Shown one piece after another: positions 39,985 to 50,299 of a stretch of 64,000 bases of DNA. The DNA comes from an uncultured Candidatus Binatia bacterium. GTDB taxonomy: Bacteria; Desulfobacterota; Binatia; UBA9968; CAXXLF01. The position numbers were made by a program, and so were the translations under genes. The number at the start of each line of letters is the position of its first letter. The stretch's first letter is position 1. Location of the stretch: the NCBI GenBank assembly GCA_965218425.1, contig OZ244621.1, forward strand, positions 3,744,001-3,808,000, written 5' to 3'. The notes beneath the pieces were generated by a model that worked only from the letters and a program-made list of their open reading frames with translations, was not told the DNA's origin and ran no database searches.

Positions 39985-41178
39985 CTAACCGGTGGGGACG
40001 CTGTTTTCGGAGGCCTTTCGGTGATCTTGCCCTCCTCCATCGAGTCCAATTTGTTCGCCGGTGGCTCCGCCAGGAAATTCAGCCCTTCTAGCAACCTTTG
40101 GGGCAAGGTGGCGCCACGCAACAATGCCCGTGTCAATCGAGGAAAGTGATTCGGAAACGTAATCTTGGGTTTCAACCAAACGTTTGTCTTGGCGAAGAAA
40201 CGCAAAGTGTAGGTATCGGTAATACTTCCACCATAGGTTCAAGAACCATCGTCGTAGAGCATTCTTTGGGTAGGTGATGATAAATCCCACATATTGAGTG
40301 AAATGCTCGTCTATGGGAACCGGCCAGCCCACGTTATCATGCTCCACTCCAAGAAACGCATCCATTTGCCCCCTGAGGATCAGATATCCCGGCATTCGTA
40401 ACTCGGCTTTGTAACCGAATCCCTCCGGTCGGTCCTTTTGCTTCCGCGATATCACCCGCCACCAGCGCGAGCGAGGATATCGCCCAAGACCGGCAAACTC
40501 AGCATCCAACCCGCCGCCCACGCTTGCAACGTACAAACCCTTCCCATCCGACATAGGCTGTACGGACATGCTTGCCGAGACTGGAACTTTAAGGAAGATA
40601 AATTTCATGGATCTACGGTGGACATAGGGTGCATGACACATGTCACCATAGTTGTCGACTACATGGCGCCAGTTGCACGCCCATTTCCAGATGGTCAGTT
40701 GAGGATAGGCATGGGGCTGACGCAAAGGTGAGGGCAGGTCCTCCTCAAGCGGGGTCGCTTCGCCGTCGCCAAGGTAGGTCCACACGACCCCAAATCGCTC
40801 CTGCGCTTGATAACTCTTTACCCTTACATTGCCTGGTAACCGCGATTCTGGACCTTCCACAATCGCCGCTACACACTCCCCATGCTCATTGTACGTCCAA
40901 CCGTGATATCCACAACTCAACGTTCCCGGAAAAATGACTCTCCCTCTCGATAGCTTGGTACCCCGATGGGGACACCGATCCACTAACACAGCGATTTTAC
41001 CCCCGTGCCCCCTGAACAGCACCAATTCTTCCCCCAAAACCTTCACCGATACCGGCCGCCTGCCCACCCTGCGTGACTCAATGATCGGATACCAGTAGTT
41101 GCGAAACCCAATGGTAGGAAGAGAATCGGCAGCGCTACCTGATCGGGAACTCTTCTTTGGCACCGACGGGGGATTCAT
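39985..41178 (-). CDS. Rieske oxygenase, paralogue of 35933-37087
   Basis: GFRNYWYP, CPH..CGYH, DMCHAPYVH; shared ESLSSIDTGIV. Confidence 0.9.
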   Translation of the reverse strand: MNPPSVPKKSSRSGSAADSLPTIGFRNYWYPIIESRRVGRRPVSVKVLGEELVLFRGHGGKIAVLVDRCPHRGTKLSRGRVIFPGTLSCGYHGWTYNEHGECVAAIVEGPESRLPGNVRVKSYQAQERFGVVWTYLGDGEATPLEEDLPSPLRQPHAYPQLTIWKWACNWRHVVDNYGDMCHAPYVHRRSMKFIFLKVPVSASMSVQPMSDGKGLYVASVGGGLDAEFAGLGRYPRSRWWRVISRKQKDRPEGFGYKAELRMPGYLILRGQMDAFLGVEHDNVGWPVPIDEHFTQYVGFIITYPKNALRRWFLNLWWKYYRYLHFAFLRQDKRLVETQDYVSESLSSIDTGIVAWRHLAPKVARRAEFPGGATGEQIGLDGGGQDHRKASENSVPTG

Positions 41179-41217
41179 AGTTCAACTCTTTACATGACCC
41201 GTAGAGAGGTCGAGCCT

Positions 41218-42672
41218 TCAAAAAAGCGCATCTTTCCATTTGGACCGGAGATTGGCCAGTAGGTCTCGGTTCGCTGCGCCGACGGGCGGGAATTCTTTAC
41301 GCCAGTGGAACGGTCGAGTAGCATCAATGATTAAGCGAGAATTTGTAAAATCACCACTGGCTCGCTTCTCAGGGGAGATACGGGGGTCTAAGGGAGTACT
41401 CCAACAATTACGGATGACCTCGGCGGATTCTTCCGGGTCTGATCGTGTCCAAAGGGCCCAGAGAACCTCATCCGTGTTATAAGGGTCGATATCCTCTTCC
41501 ACGACTATGATGTAACGCCCAAGATACGCTCCCGCCCGACACTGGGCAGCTACCATTGCCGCCTGTTTTGCATGCCCTGCGTATTGTTGGGCGATGGATA
41601 TAACGAGGAATCCGGGTCCTGCCGACGGCAAGCGTGCAACGCTTTTGATTTCTGGTACGCCGGCTGCCTCCAATGCATCCCAGATCAACGCGTGCTTGAT
41701 AATGGCTGAGGTATGATAATACGCACCTGGCGGACGTGTCGGTTGGTAACCTAGGATAATGGGATCCCGACGGTGGTACAGAGCCTTGACTTGGAGGTAG
41801 GGCTCCTCACGAGCTCGACTGGCGTAATACCCGGTAAACTCTCCAAAGGGGCCTTCGGGTTTTAACCTGTCTGGGTAGACAAAACCTTCGACGGCGATTT
41901 CAGCGTGCGCGGGAATTGGAAGCCCTGTGACAGATCCACGGACAACCTCTACGGGTTGATCCTTGACGGCTCCGACCCATTCATACTCATTGGTCGACGA
42001 CGGTAAATTCTCGCCGCCTGCGACGAGGAGAAGGGGATCCATTCCGAACGCGGCGGCAACGGGCATGGGCTCACCCCGCGCGAAATACTTGTCCCTATGG
42101 AGTCGTCCTTGCTTGCCCGGAGAAATGTACAGGCCGATCTCATCATGCCCCAGCACCATCATCCTGTACGTCCCGACATTGATCTGACCTGACTCGGGGT
42201 CCCGAGTGATTACGATATCACCGGTGCCTAAATAACGACCTCCGTCACTTTCATGCCATCGGGGTGTTGGGAAGGTACTGAGGTCAATATTGGCTCCGCT
42301 GAGAACGGTCTCCAAAACAGGGCCGTCCTTGACCTCCTGAACCGGCATGAGGCGCATGTGTTTAGATTTATTGCGCCATGTCTGAACCAGTTCGGTTGGA
42401 GTCAAGTGGGTTGGCAAACCCAACGCTGCAGCAGCCAACTCTCTACCCGCAACGGCGTTGGTCATGACCCGCCAGCCCGGGGGGTACCCTTTTATGTTGT
42501 CAAATAGCAAACAGGGCGTGTTGTCTGGATGGAGCTGGAGCATGAGCTCAGTCAAACCGCCAATTTCCAGATCCCAGTCAACCCCGCTGAAATGTTTAAG
42601 TTTGCCTAAATGATTGGCCAGATCAACCCAGTCTCGAAGGTCCTTGAGTTTGTTCCCTGCAAGCGGCTCCAT
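41218..42672 (-). CDS. UbiD family (de)carboxylase
   Basis: DLRDW, DGGRYLGT, NVGTYR, EGPFGEFTGYY, WSTPLDP. Confidence 0.93.
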   Translation of the reverse strand: MEPLAGNKLKDLRDWVDLANHLGKLKHFSGVDWDLEIGGLTELMLQLHPDNTPCLLFDNIKGYPPGWRVMTNAVAGRELAAAALGLPTHLTPTELVQTWRNKSKHMRLMPVQEVKDGPVLETVLSGANIDLSTFPTPRWHESDGGRYLGTGDIVITRDPESGQINVGTYRMMVLGHDEIGLYISPGKQGRLHRDKYFARGEPMPVAAAFGMDPLLLVAGGENLPSSTNEYEWVGAVKDQPVEVVRGSVTGLPIPAHAEIAVEGFVYPDRLKPEGPFGEFTGYYASRAREEPYLQVKALYHRRDPIILGYQPTRPPGAYYHTSAIIKHALIWDALEAAGVPEIKSVARLPSAGPGFLVISIAQQYAGHAKQAAMVAAQCRAGAYLGRYIIVVEEDIDPYNTDEVLWALWTRSDPEESAEVIRNCWSTPLDPRISPEKRASGDFTNSRLIIDATRPFHWRKEFPPVGAANRDLLANLRSKWKDALF

Positions 42673-43195
42673 GGTTGAATCCCCTTCAGTTGGGAAAAAC
42701 AAGACTCCAAAATGGTCGAACACATCGGTTCCCATTTTTGACGTTTAGATATGTTTCTTCTGGCTGTGTCATCGCTATTCCTTACGCCTGCAGTTCGAGA
42801 TTGTCAACTTCCCGTATAAGGCTACTAGGTTTTCAGTTTCTCAATCAAATTTTTGGTAATGCATTGCATAGGCACTAAGATACCCAGTGAGCAGTGAGGT
42901 GGCTGGACCCTTGTACCGAAGTTCGACCAAGGGTGAGTCTATTGACGGTACAGTGGGTATTTCGTAAAATCAGATCCGGGTCGAGGTGGTGCGCAGTAGC
43001 GCCAACGATTCCAAGCGGAACCGAAGGTATCTGAAGGGGTTGATAGTCGACGGCGACAGTTCCGTTGCGGAACTGAATCAAGAATTGGGTCCCGTTCCCC
43101 CGCCATGAGAGGGCTGCTTCTCTCCAAATCACCCGGGCAGATTTCATGACTTGTCAATACGCAAGCCGACTTGTTATTCGAATCGGAGGTGAAGA

Positions 43196-44296
43196 ATGAA
43201 TAAGAAAATTCCATTGTACCTAGCCGTAACCGGTTTGCTCCTGCTGACTTGCCCTACGAACAGCCCTGCCGGTGAATGGGGTCGGATTTTGGCGGGGGCC
43301 AAACGAGAGGGGAGGGTTGTTATAATGGGGCCGGGCGGCGCGGCAACGCGTGTGGCTCTAACGCAGGGGTTTGAAAACAAGTATCCGGGGATCAGAGTGG
43401 ATTACAGTGGAAGTAGGGGTTCACAGATCCCACCGAAGTTGTTGAACGAACGTGGCGCGAACCACTATCGCGTGGACTTAGTGATGGGTGGTACGGGACC
43501 TATCCTTACGAGTTTGATGGGGGCGCATGTTCTCGATCCAGTTCAGCCGTTCCTTGCTGGACCTGATATTCAACCGTCCAAGTGGCTGGACGGGAAATTG
43601 AATTTCGCAGACGCTACGGGAAAGTATAACTTGGTCATGTCTTCGTACGTCAAGGCGGCGGTGGCCTACAACCCAGGTGTGATCTCTGAGGATGAGGTCA
43701 AGTCCTGGAAATCTTGGAAAGACCTACTCGATCCAAAGTGGAAAGGGAGGATGACGTCCAGAGACCCAAGCACTGGAGGAACCGGTCAAGCCATGTTTCT
43801 CTTTTGGTATTCTACCAAGGGACTTGGAACAGAATATATCAAGCAGATTCTTGCGCAAGATATTGTCTTGTCTAACAGGGATCGCCAGCTCATTGATTGG
43901 CTGGTGCGTGGACAGTATCCGATTTCGCTTGGGTTATCCGAACGTGCCGCCCTTCCGATAATGAAGGCAGGGGGGCCACTTAAGTTTCTTCCAGCGGACG
44001 AGTTGCGGGAACGTTTTTACATCACAGCGGGAGCTGGCAGTTTAGGGGTGGTTAACAAGGCACCTCATCCTAATGCAATCAAGGTCTACCTCAACTACTT
44101 GCTCAGCAAGAAGGGTCAACTTGCCTTCAGCGAGGCAAACGGCTACCCGAGCCGGCGCTTAGACATTCCAATCGACCCTTTCGCAGTTCGTAAAGGACCG
44201 AAGAAGGGAGTGAAATATCAGCTGAATTACAAGGAGCGATTCGTAAAGATGAGAAAGGAAATGCTTGATGTCGTCAAGCCGCTACTCAAGCGATGA
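43196..44296 (+). CDS. ABC substrate-binding protein (AfuA-like) 2, close paralogue of 38746
   Basis: Long identical protein blocks shared with 38746-39846, e.g. LSNRDRQLIDWLVRGQYPISLGLSERAALP. Confidence 0.9.
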   Translation: MNKKIPLYLAVTGLLLLTCPTNSPAGEWGRILAGAKREGRVVIMGPGGAATRVALTQGFENKYPGIRVDYSGSRGSQIPPKLLNERGANHYRVDLVMGGTGPILTSLMGAHVLDPVQPFLAGPDIQPSKWLDGKLNFADATGKYNLVMSSYVKAAVAYNPGVISEDEVKSWKSWKDLLDPKWKGRMTSRDPSTGGTGQAMFLFWYSTKGLGTEYIKQILAQDIVLSNRDRQLIDWLVRGQYPISLGLSERAALPIMKAGGPLKFLPADELRERFYITAGAGSLGVVNKAPHPNAIKVYLNYLLSKKGQLAFSEANGYPSRRLDIPIDPFAVRKGPKKGVKYQLNYKERFVKMRKEMLDVVKPLLKR

Positions 44297-44372
44297 GCGT
44301 CTGAGTGCTACAAAGCAGCATCGGCCGGCGGTGAACTCCGTTAAGTCGACCAAATTCTAACGAGCTTGGCCA

Positions 44373-46106
44373 ATGTCACCGACGGATATAAAAGTCGAAG
44401 CACAAAGCTTTCGATCACATTCGCTGGAGTGGTCCACACTACTGATGGTGGTATTGCTGGGGGTGGTGGCGTTTCTCGTTCTCACGCCGCTTGCCCTTAC
44501 AGTCCTGGGGAGTTTCCAGCTCGCGCGCCCTGGTCAGCCGCCGGTTTACGGGCTTTATGGGTGGGCTCAGGTGTTTAGTGATCCTTCCATTCTTCGTGCG
44601 CTTGGCAACACTGTTTCTCTTGCGGTTTCCCGTCAGCTCATCGCGCTGGTGGTGGGGATTTTCCTGGCTTGGCTAATTGCCAGGACGGACTTGCCCTGGA
44701 AGGGTGGGCTGGAGTTCATGTTCTGGATATCGTTCTTTATTCCCACCCTGCCCGTAACGGTCGGTTGGATCCTCTTGCTGGATGGGCAGTTTGGCCTACT
44801 AAACCGGTGGCTTCAAGCACTCCCCTTTGTGAATGATCCCGTCTTCAACATCTACTCCTATTGGGGCATCGTATGGGTTCATTTGTCTGCCAGTAGCCTG
44901 GGCGCGAAGGTGTTGCTTCTTGCTCCCGCCTTTCGAAACATGGATGCCGCCCTGGAGGAATCATCGCGAATTTGCGGAGTGAGCACACTGGGAACCCTGC
45001 GGCGCATTGTAGTTCCTATCATGGCTCCTGCCATCCTGATTGCCACGACACTCGGACTCATCCGTTCGCTGGAAGCTTTCGAAATTGAACTCCTACTGGG
45101 AGTTCCCATTGGAATCCATGTTTATTCCACCATGATCCACCAGTTCGTAACCTTTGAGCCCCCCAATTATGCGCCGGCCACCGCACTGGGTAGTTTCTTT
45201 TTGGTGATTCTGTTGTGTTTGATGGCATTGCAATGGTGGGTCACTCGAAACAGAAGCTATCGAACAGTTACGGGACATGGGTTCACCACCCGTCCCACCA
45301 CTCTGGGGCGTTGGCGATATCCAGCATTTGTCCTGGTGGCACTTCTGGCTGTGGTGATTACTGTGGTTCCCATGATCATGCTGGTGATGGGAACCTTTAT
45401 GACGATTGTTGGCTATTTTGACCTTCCTCAACCCTGGACGTTAAAGCATTGGCGGCTGGTGTTCGGCGATCGGCTACTGATAAGCTCCATCGTTAATACC
45501 CTGATTGTGGGGATCAGTGCTGCGCTGGTGGGAATGGTATTTTATAGTCTTATCGCCTATGTGGTGGTTAAAACGCGCTTCGCTGGACGCAATTTGCTGG
45601 ACGTCATTTCTTGGATGCCGTGGGCGATACCCGGGGTCCTGCTTAGCCTGGCGCTTCTCTGGACAGTTTTTCAAACGCGGATTCTCTTGCCAATATACGG
45701 CACGGTATACCTGCTCACTTTGGCGATGATAATCAAAAGCATGCCGTTGGGGGTGCAGCTCACGAAAAGTGTCATGGTCCAGATAGGTGACGAACTGGAG
45801 GAAGCTTCCCGCATCAGCGGGGCATCCTGGAGCAGGACCTACCGACGTATCCTAGTTCCGCTGCTCATGCCGGCATTGATCGTAGTCGGGCTTCTTATAT
45901 TCGTATCCGCCGCCCGGGACATCAGCACGGTGGTGCTATTGGGCACTGGCCATACTAGAACCCTAGCGCTGTTGTCTTTGGATTACGCTATGGAAGCAAA
46001 CTTTGAAGGTGCAACCGTGGCGGCAACCATAACCGTAGTCATAGTGGTTATAGCCGCTGTATTGGTTCGGGCAATTAGTAAAAAGCTGGGCTTGAGTAGT
46101 TTTTAG
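44373..46106 (+). CDS. ABC transporter permease (FbpB-type, two repeats)
   Basis: Two EAA loops (LEESSRICG, LEEASRISGA); about 12 TM segments. Confidence 0.93.
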   Translation: MSPTDIKVEAQSFRSHSLEWSTLLMVVLLGVVAFLVLTPLALTVLGSFQLARPGQPPVYGLYGWAQVFSDPSILRALGNTVSLAVSRQLIALVVGIFLAWLIARTDLPWKGGLEFMFWISFFIPTLPVTVGWILLLDGQFGLLNRWLQALPFVNDPVFNIYSYWGIVWVHLSASSLGAKVLLLAPAFRNMDAALEESSRICGVSTLGTLRRIVVPIMAPAILIATTLGLIRSLEAFEIELLLGVPIGIHVYSTMIHQFVTFEPPNYAPATALGSFFLVILLCLMALQWWVTRNRSYRTVTGHGFTTRPTTLGRWRYPAFVLVALLAVVITVVPMIMLVMGTFMTIVGYFDLPQPWTLKHWRLVFGDRLLISSIVNTLIVGISAALVGMVFYSLIAYVVVKTRFAGRNLLDVISWMPWAIPGVLLSLALLWTVFQTRILLPIYGTVYLLTLAMIIKSMPLGVQLTKSVMVQIGDELEEASRISGASWSRTYRRILVPLLMPALIVVGLLIFVSAARDISTVVLLGTGHTRTLALLSLDYAMEANFEGATVAATITVVIVVIAAVLVRAISKKLGLSSF

Positions 46107-46193
46107 GCCTGCAAGAATTAGCGGCTTCCGGATAAGACGAAAGACTATAAGGTTGATATTCATCGTGATAGGAGTGAGGTGAGGAGAATAACC

Positions 46194-48149
46194 ATGACGT
46201 ATACTCGCCTGTTTGAACCGGTGCGGATTGGTCCCAAGACTGCGAAAAACCGTGTTTACATGTCACCCCATAGCACGGGGTTTGCGTACAAAGGTCACGT
46301 TACGGACCAGTATATTGACTATATTGAAGAACGGGCCCGGAATAATGTCGGCACCATATCCACTGGACACTACCTGATCATGCCCAACGCCGTAAGTTCG
46401 GCTGGAGAGCTTACCACGATCCAAAAGGAATGTGTCCCCGGCATGTCGCGTTTGGCCGCGGCCATTCACCGTCATGGAGCGTTGGGTTTAGTCCAGCTGA
46501 ATCATAAAGGCCGCCAGTCGGATACCACCTTTGGAAGGTCCATACTCATTGCTCCGTCGCCCATTCCATACTCAGGGACCCGGCAAATCCCCAAGGAGAT
46601 GGATGCTCAGGATATTGCCGCAGTGCTGGATGCCTTCGCGCAAGGGGCCCGTTACGTTTGCGAAGCCGGATTCGACGGCATCGAACTCCACGCCTCCACC
46701 GGATACCTGATTGAACAGTTCCTCTCTCCCTACACCAATAAACGCAAGGACGGCTACGGCGGCTCATTGGAGAACCGATGCCGATTCCTATTTGAGGTGT
46801 TGGATCGGTTGCGGAAGGCCTGGAGCGGGGAGCCAATGATTTTGGGGGTAAAGCTGACGGTGCGCCAGAGAGTCCCCGGGGGCCTCACTCAAGCGGAAGG
46901 GTGCCAGGTGGCACGGTGGCTTGATCGGCGCAAGGGCGTGGATTTCGTTCACGTCTCGCAGGGGCCCTATGAGGACAGGGATCGTTTCGGACGGGGCATG
47001 CACACTCCCCTCGGCGATCTGGTAAACGATGCGGCGGCGGTCAAAAAACAATTGGGCCGTGCCCTGACCATTGCCAACCAGAGAATAAAGTATCCCGAGC
47101 AAGCGGAGCAGATTCTGGTTGAAGGTAAGGCGGATCTGATTTCACTGGCAAGAGGACTGATGGCCGATCCCGCTTTCGTGACCAAAATTCAAAGGGGTGA
47201 CGCCGAATCCGTGCGCCTTTGCATTGGCTGTGATCAGGAATGTTTTGGTCGTGTGACCCGCAACCTACCTGTATCCTGCCTCCAGAATCCCGCCGTGGGT
47301 AGAGAGAACGAGTGGGCCGATCATCGATTGCAAAAACCGAGTCGGACACTACGGATTGCCGTGATCGGGGGCGGACCGGCGGGTATGAAAGTGGCAGAGA
47401 TCGCGGCCCAGCGCGGCCACCGGGTTAGCCTCTATACAGAGGGCCCGGAGTTGGGTGGGCAGATTCTATTGGCGGCGCGAGCGCCCCTGCGGCAGGAGTT
47501 TGGTCAGATTACAAGCTATCTGTCCAGGCAGATCAAGCAACTTGGAGTGAGGATTGAGTTGGGCCGTCGTCTGACGGCCGAGGACGTACTTGGCCTTGGG
47601 GCAGATGCCGTAGTGGTGGCGACGGGTTCCCATGCCGAGCCACCGGAGTTACCCAATTGGAAAAGTGGCCTTCCCATCCGTAGTGTCCGCGATGTGATGG
47701 AGGGAGCCGAGGTGGGCGCCCATGTTTTCCTGTTGGACCTGGACGGACATTGGCCCGGCATGGCTACAGCCGAGCACCTGGCACATTTGGGGAAGCGGGT
47801 CAGCCTGGTGACTCCCATGCCCACCGCCGGAATCGATATTCCCACCGGAGGCGATCGAATCGCGGCGGTTCGCCGTTTGTATCCCATGGGGGTCCAGTTC
47901 TATCCTGGCCATGTCGTTCAGCGAGCCGAGGGTGAAGAGGTGGTGTTGCTTAATAGCCTGTCGAGTCATGAGGTGAGGATCGCGGGAGTCGATGCCCTTG
48001 TGTATGCTGGCAACAATCGCTCCAATCAAGAGCTGTACCGGGAGCTGAGAGGTAAAGTCCCCTCACTGCACGCCATCGGGGACTGCGTGGTACCTCGCCG
48101 AGCCACCGAAGCCCTCTATGAAGGCCAGCGGTTGGGAGCCATGATTTAA
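46194..48149 (+). CDS. OYE-family NADH:flavin oxidoreductase with 4Fe-4S and FAD domains (FadH/TMADH-like)
   Basis: LFEPVRIG..KNR, GFDGIELHASTGYL, CIGCDQEC..C, IGGGPAG. Confidence 0.92.
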   Translation: MTYTRLFEPVRIGPKTAKNRVYMSPHSTGFAYKGHVTDQYIDYIEERARNNVGTISTGHYLIMPNAVSSAGELTTIQKECVPGMSRLAAAIHRHGALGLVQLNHKGRQSDTTFGRSILIAPSPIPYSGTRQIPKEMDAQDIAAVLDAFAQGARYVCEAGFDGIELHASTGYLIEQFLSPYTNKRKDGYGGSLENRCRFLFEVLDRLRKAWSGEPMILGVKLTVRQRVPGGLTQAEGCQVARWLDRRKGVDFVHVSQGPYEDRDRFGRGMHTPLGDLVNDAAAVKKQLGRALTIANQRIKYPEQAEQILVEGKADLISLARGLMADPAFVTKIQRGDAESVRLCIGCDQECFGRVTRNLPVSCLQNPAVGRENEWADHRLQKPSRTLRIAVIGGGPAGMKVAEIAAQRGHRVSLYTEGPELGGQILLAARAPLRQEFGQITSYLSRQIKQLGVRIELGRRLTAEDVLGLGADAVVVATGSHAEPPELPNWKSGLPIRSVRDVMEGAEVGAHVFLLDLDGHWPGMATAEHLAHLGKRVSLVTPMPTAGIDIPTGGDRIAAVRRLYPMGVQFYPGHVVQRAEGEEVVLLNSLSSHEVRIAGVDALVYAGNNRSNQELYRELRGKVPSLHAIGDCVVPRRATEALYEGQRLGAMI

Positions 48150-48214
48150 AAGGATGATTGGCCAGAGATGTACCGAGAAAGATTTTCCCTGCCGTTGCCG
48201 GAAGGAGTTTGACC

Positions 48215-49855
48215 GTGAAAATGTCTGTTGCTCAAGTGTTGGTCCGCTACCTTAAAGAGTTGGGCGTTCATCAGGTTTTCGGCCTAATCGGTCATTCGAT
48301 TTTCGAAATCACCGATGCCATTTACCTTGAGCCGGATATGGACTTTCTTTCCGTACAGCATGAGCTTTCGGCCTCCTATATGGCTGTTAGTTACTCCAAG
48401 GCAAGGAGGGACCTGGGAGTTTGCCTTGTGTCATCGGGGGCTGGAGCAACAAACCTATTGACCGGTATGGCAATGGCCTATAAAGAGTCTTGCCCGGTGC
48501 TTGCCATTTCATCGGAGGTTTCGGGAAAAGTTTCGGGGAAGGGGGCTTCCTCATGGCATGAAATTCCCCAGGGAGATCTTTTTAGGCCCATAACCAAAAT
48601 GAGTCAGACCCTTAGGAACGCCCAGGATGTTTTGCCTCTTGTTCGAGAAGCCGTGAACCGGGCTACCACAGGTAGAAAAGGACCAGTCTATCTCGGAATA
48701 CCTGCCGATCTTCAAAAAGAGATAGTGGAAGTTCCTGCTCCCCCGTGGCACGTGGAGGTCCCGGCATCACATAACGAGGTCGATCCTAAGGTTCTTGAAA
48801 CGGTCAGTGATGAACTTCTCCGCGCCTTGTCTCCAACCGTCATTCTCGGAGGAGGGGTTTACTGGTCGCAGTGTGCAGGTGAAGTCAAACATCTGGCTGA
48901 GCTGGTGGGAGCTCCTTTCGGCACGTCCCCTTCATATAAAGGGGTAGTTTCGGAGGATCACCCGCTTTCCCTTGGCGTATTCGGTTTTGGTTCCTGCCCC
49001 TACGCCAATAAAGCGTGCCTGGAATCGGACGTGATCCTGGCCGTGGGAACCACCTTCAGCGAAGGCATGACATGGGTCTATGGCAACCGTGTCATACCTA
49101 GCAGCGCCAGGATCATTCAGATCGATCTAGATCCCGAGGAGATCGGAAAAATTTATCCCGTAGCTCATGGTATCGTTGGGGACGCAAAGGTAGTCATCAA
49201 CCAGCTAATTGCGCATATAAAGAAAAAAGGTGCTCCTCCGGCGAAAGCTTCGCCGCGGATGGAGCGTATCCAAGAAGAAAAACAAGCCTGGCGGGAGGAG
49301 GTTAAAAGACGCATTGAAGTGACCGAAGGACCCATAACGCAGTGGCATCTTTACGCCGCATTGAGGCAATCCATCAGCAAGGACGCCGTGGTTGTGGTGG
49401 CGGGTGGAACGGGTGAGGCTCTGCAACGCTTCGTGGCAACTTCCGATGTGTACCATGCAGGTGAACTGCGGGCCATCGGTAGCGGTTTTACCACGGCCAT
49501 GGGCCTTAAACTGGCCTTTCCCGAGAGGTCGGTGGTCTGTGTCACCGGTGATGGATCCTTTATGCTTGAGCTTCAGGAGATAGCCACGGCCATGTCCTTA
49601 AACCTACCGGTGGTTGTGATCATCGTCCACAACTCCGCCTATGGGAATATGAAGAGGGATCAGATCAGGCACTTGGATAATCGTGTCATTGGCACAGACC
49701 TGAACTTACCGGATTTCTGCGCATTGGCTAGAGCTTTTGGAGCCTATGGGGCTAGAGTGGACCGTCCCTCGGCTCTGCTCCAAGAGATCGAAAAGGCGTT
49801 CATGGTTGGAAAGCCTGCAGTGTTGGACGTGATTTGTCCCGTGGAAGATCTTTAG
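48215..49855 (+). CDS. Thiamine pyrophosphate-dependent enzyme (acetolactate synthase-like superfamily)
   Basis: VQHE, GAGATN, GPVYL, GDGSF..N..YG. Confidence 0.92.
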   Translation: MKMSVAQVLVRYLKELGVHQVFGLIGHSIFEITDAIYLEPDMDFLSVQHELSASYMAVSYSKARRDLGVCLVSSGAGATNLLTGMAMAYKESCPVLAISSEVSGKVSGKGASSWHEIPQGDLFRPITKMSQTLRNAQDVLPLVREAVNRATTGRKGPVYLGIPADLQKEIVEVPAPPWHVEVPASHNEVDPKVLETVSDELLRALSPTVILGGGVYWSQCAGEVKHLAELVGAPFGTSPSYKGVVSEDHPLSLGVFGFGSCPYANKACLESDVILAVGTTFSEGMTWVYGNRVIPSSARIIQIDLDPEEIGKIYPVAHGIVGDAKVVINQLIAHIKKKGAPPAKASPRMERIQEEKQAWREEVKRRIEVTEGPITQWHLYAALRQSISKDAVVVVAGGTGEALQRFVATSDVYHAGELRAIGSGFTTAMGLKLAFPERSVVCVTGDGSFMLELQEIATAMSLNLPVVVIIVHNSAYGNMKRDQIRHLDNRVIGTDLNLPDFCALARAFGAYGARVDRPSALLQEIEKAFMVGKPAVLDVICPVEDL

Positions 49856-50299
49856 AACATTCGTCAATCCCCCCAGTCATCGCTCCCATACCTATTAATG
49901 AATTCATAAATAAGTAGGCATAAGGCCGCCAAGGGGTGAGTTCTGATGAGCGCGCGGGCACAGGAACGTAGAGTTGGCGTTCAGGCCCGGGCGGCGCTTC
50001 ACGCCGCCCCCGAAGCGGACGGGGTGGCGGCCTACAAGGTCAAGGTCCATTGACCGCGTTCGGAAGGGCTCGGTCCGAGGGTGGCCAGACACGTCATTTG
50101 TCTAGATGCTGATGAACGCAGTCGTAAGTTACGGGCCGCCCGGTGGAGCCCCTGTTGGTCACTGGCTTGAGAAGCAGGGTCCGGTGTTTAATTCGGCGGG
50201 ACGGTGTGTTATTGGAGGAACTGTATAATACGTTGTCTAGAGAGGACGCAAAACGGGAACTTAGGGTGCTGCGATCTTTAATTTCGGAGGAAATGTGCG

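Noticed and set aside
49944..50130. Two CTGATGA motifs suggesting hammerhead ribozymes
   Set aside because: No GAAA after a stem II and no matching cleavage-site helices could be built.
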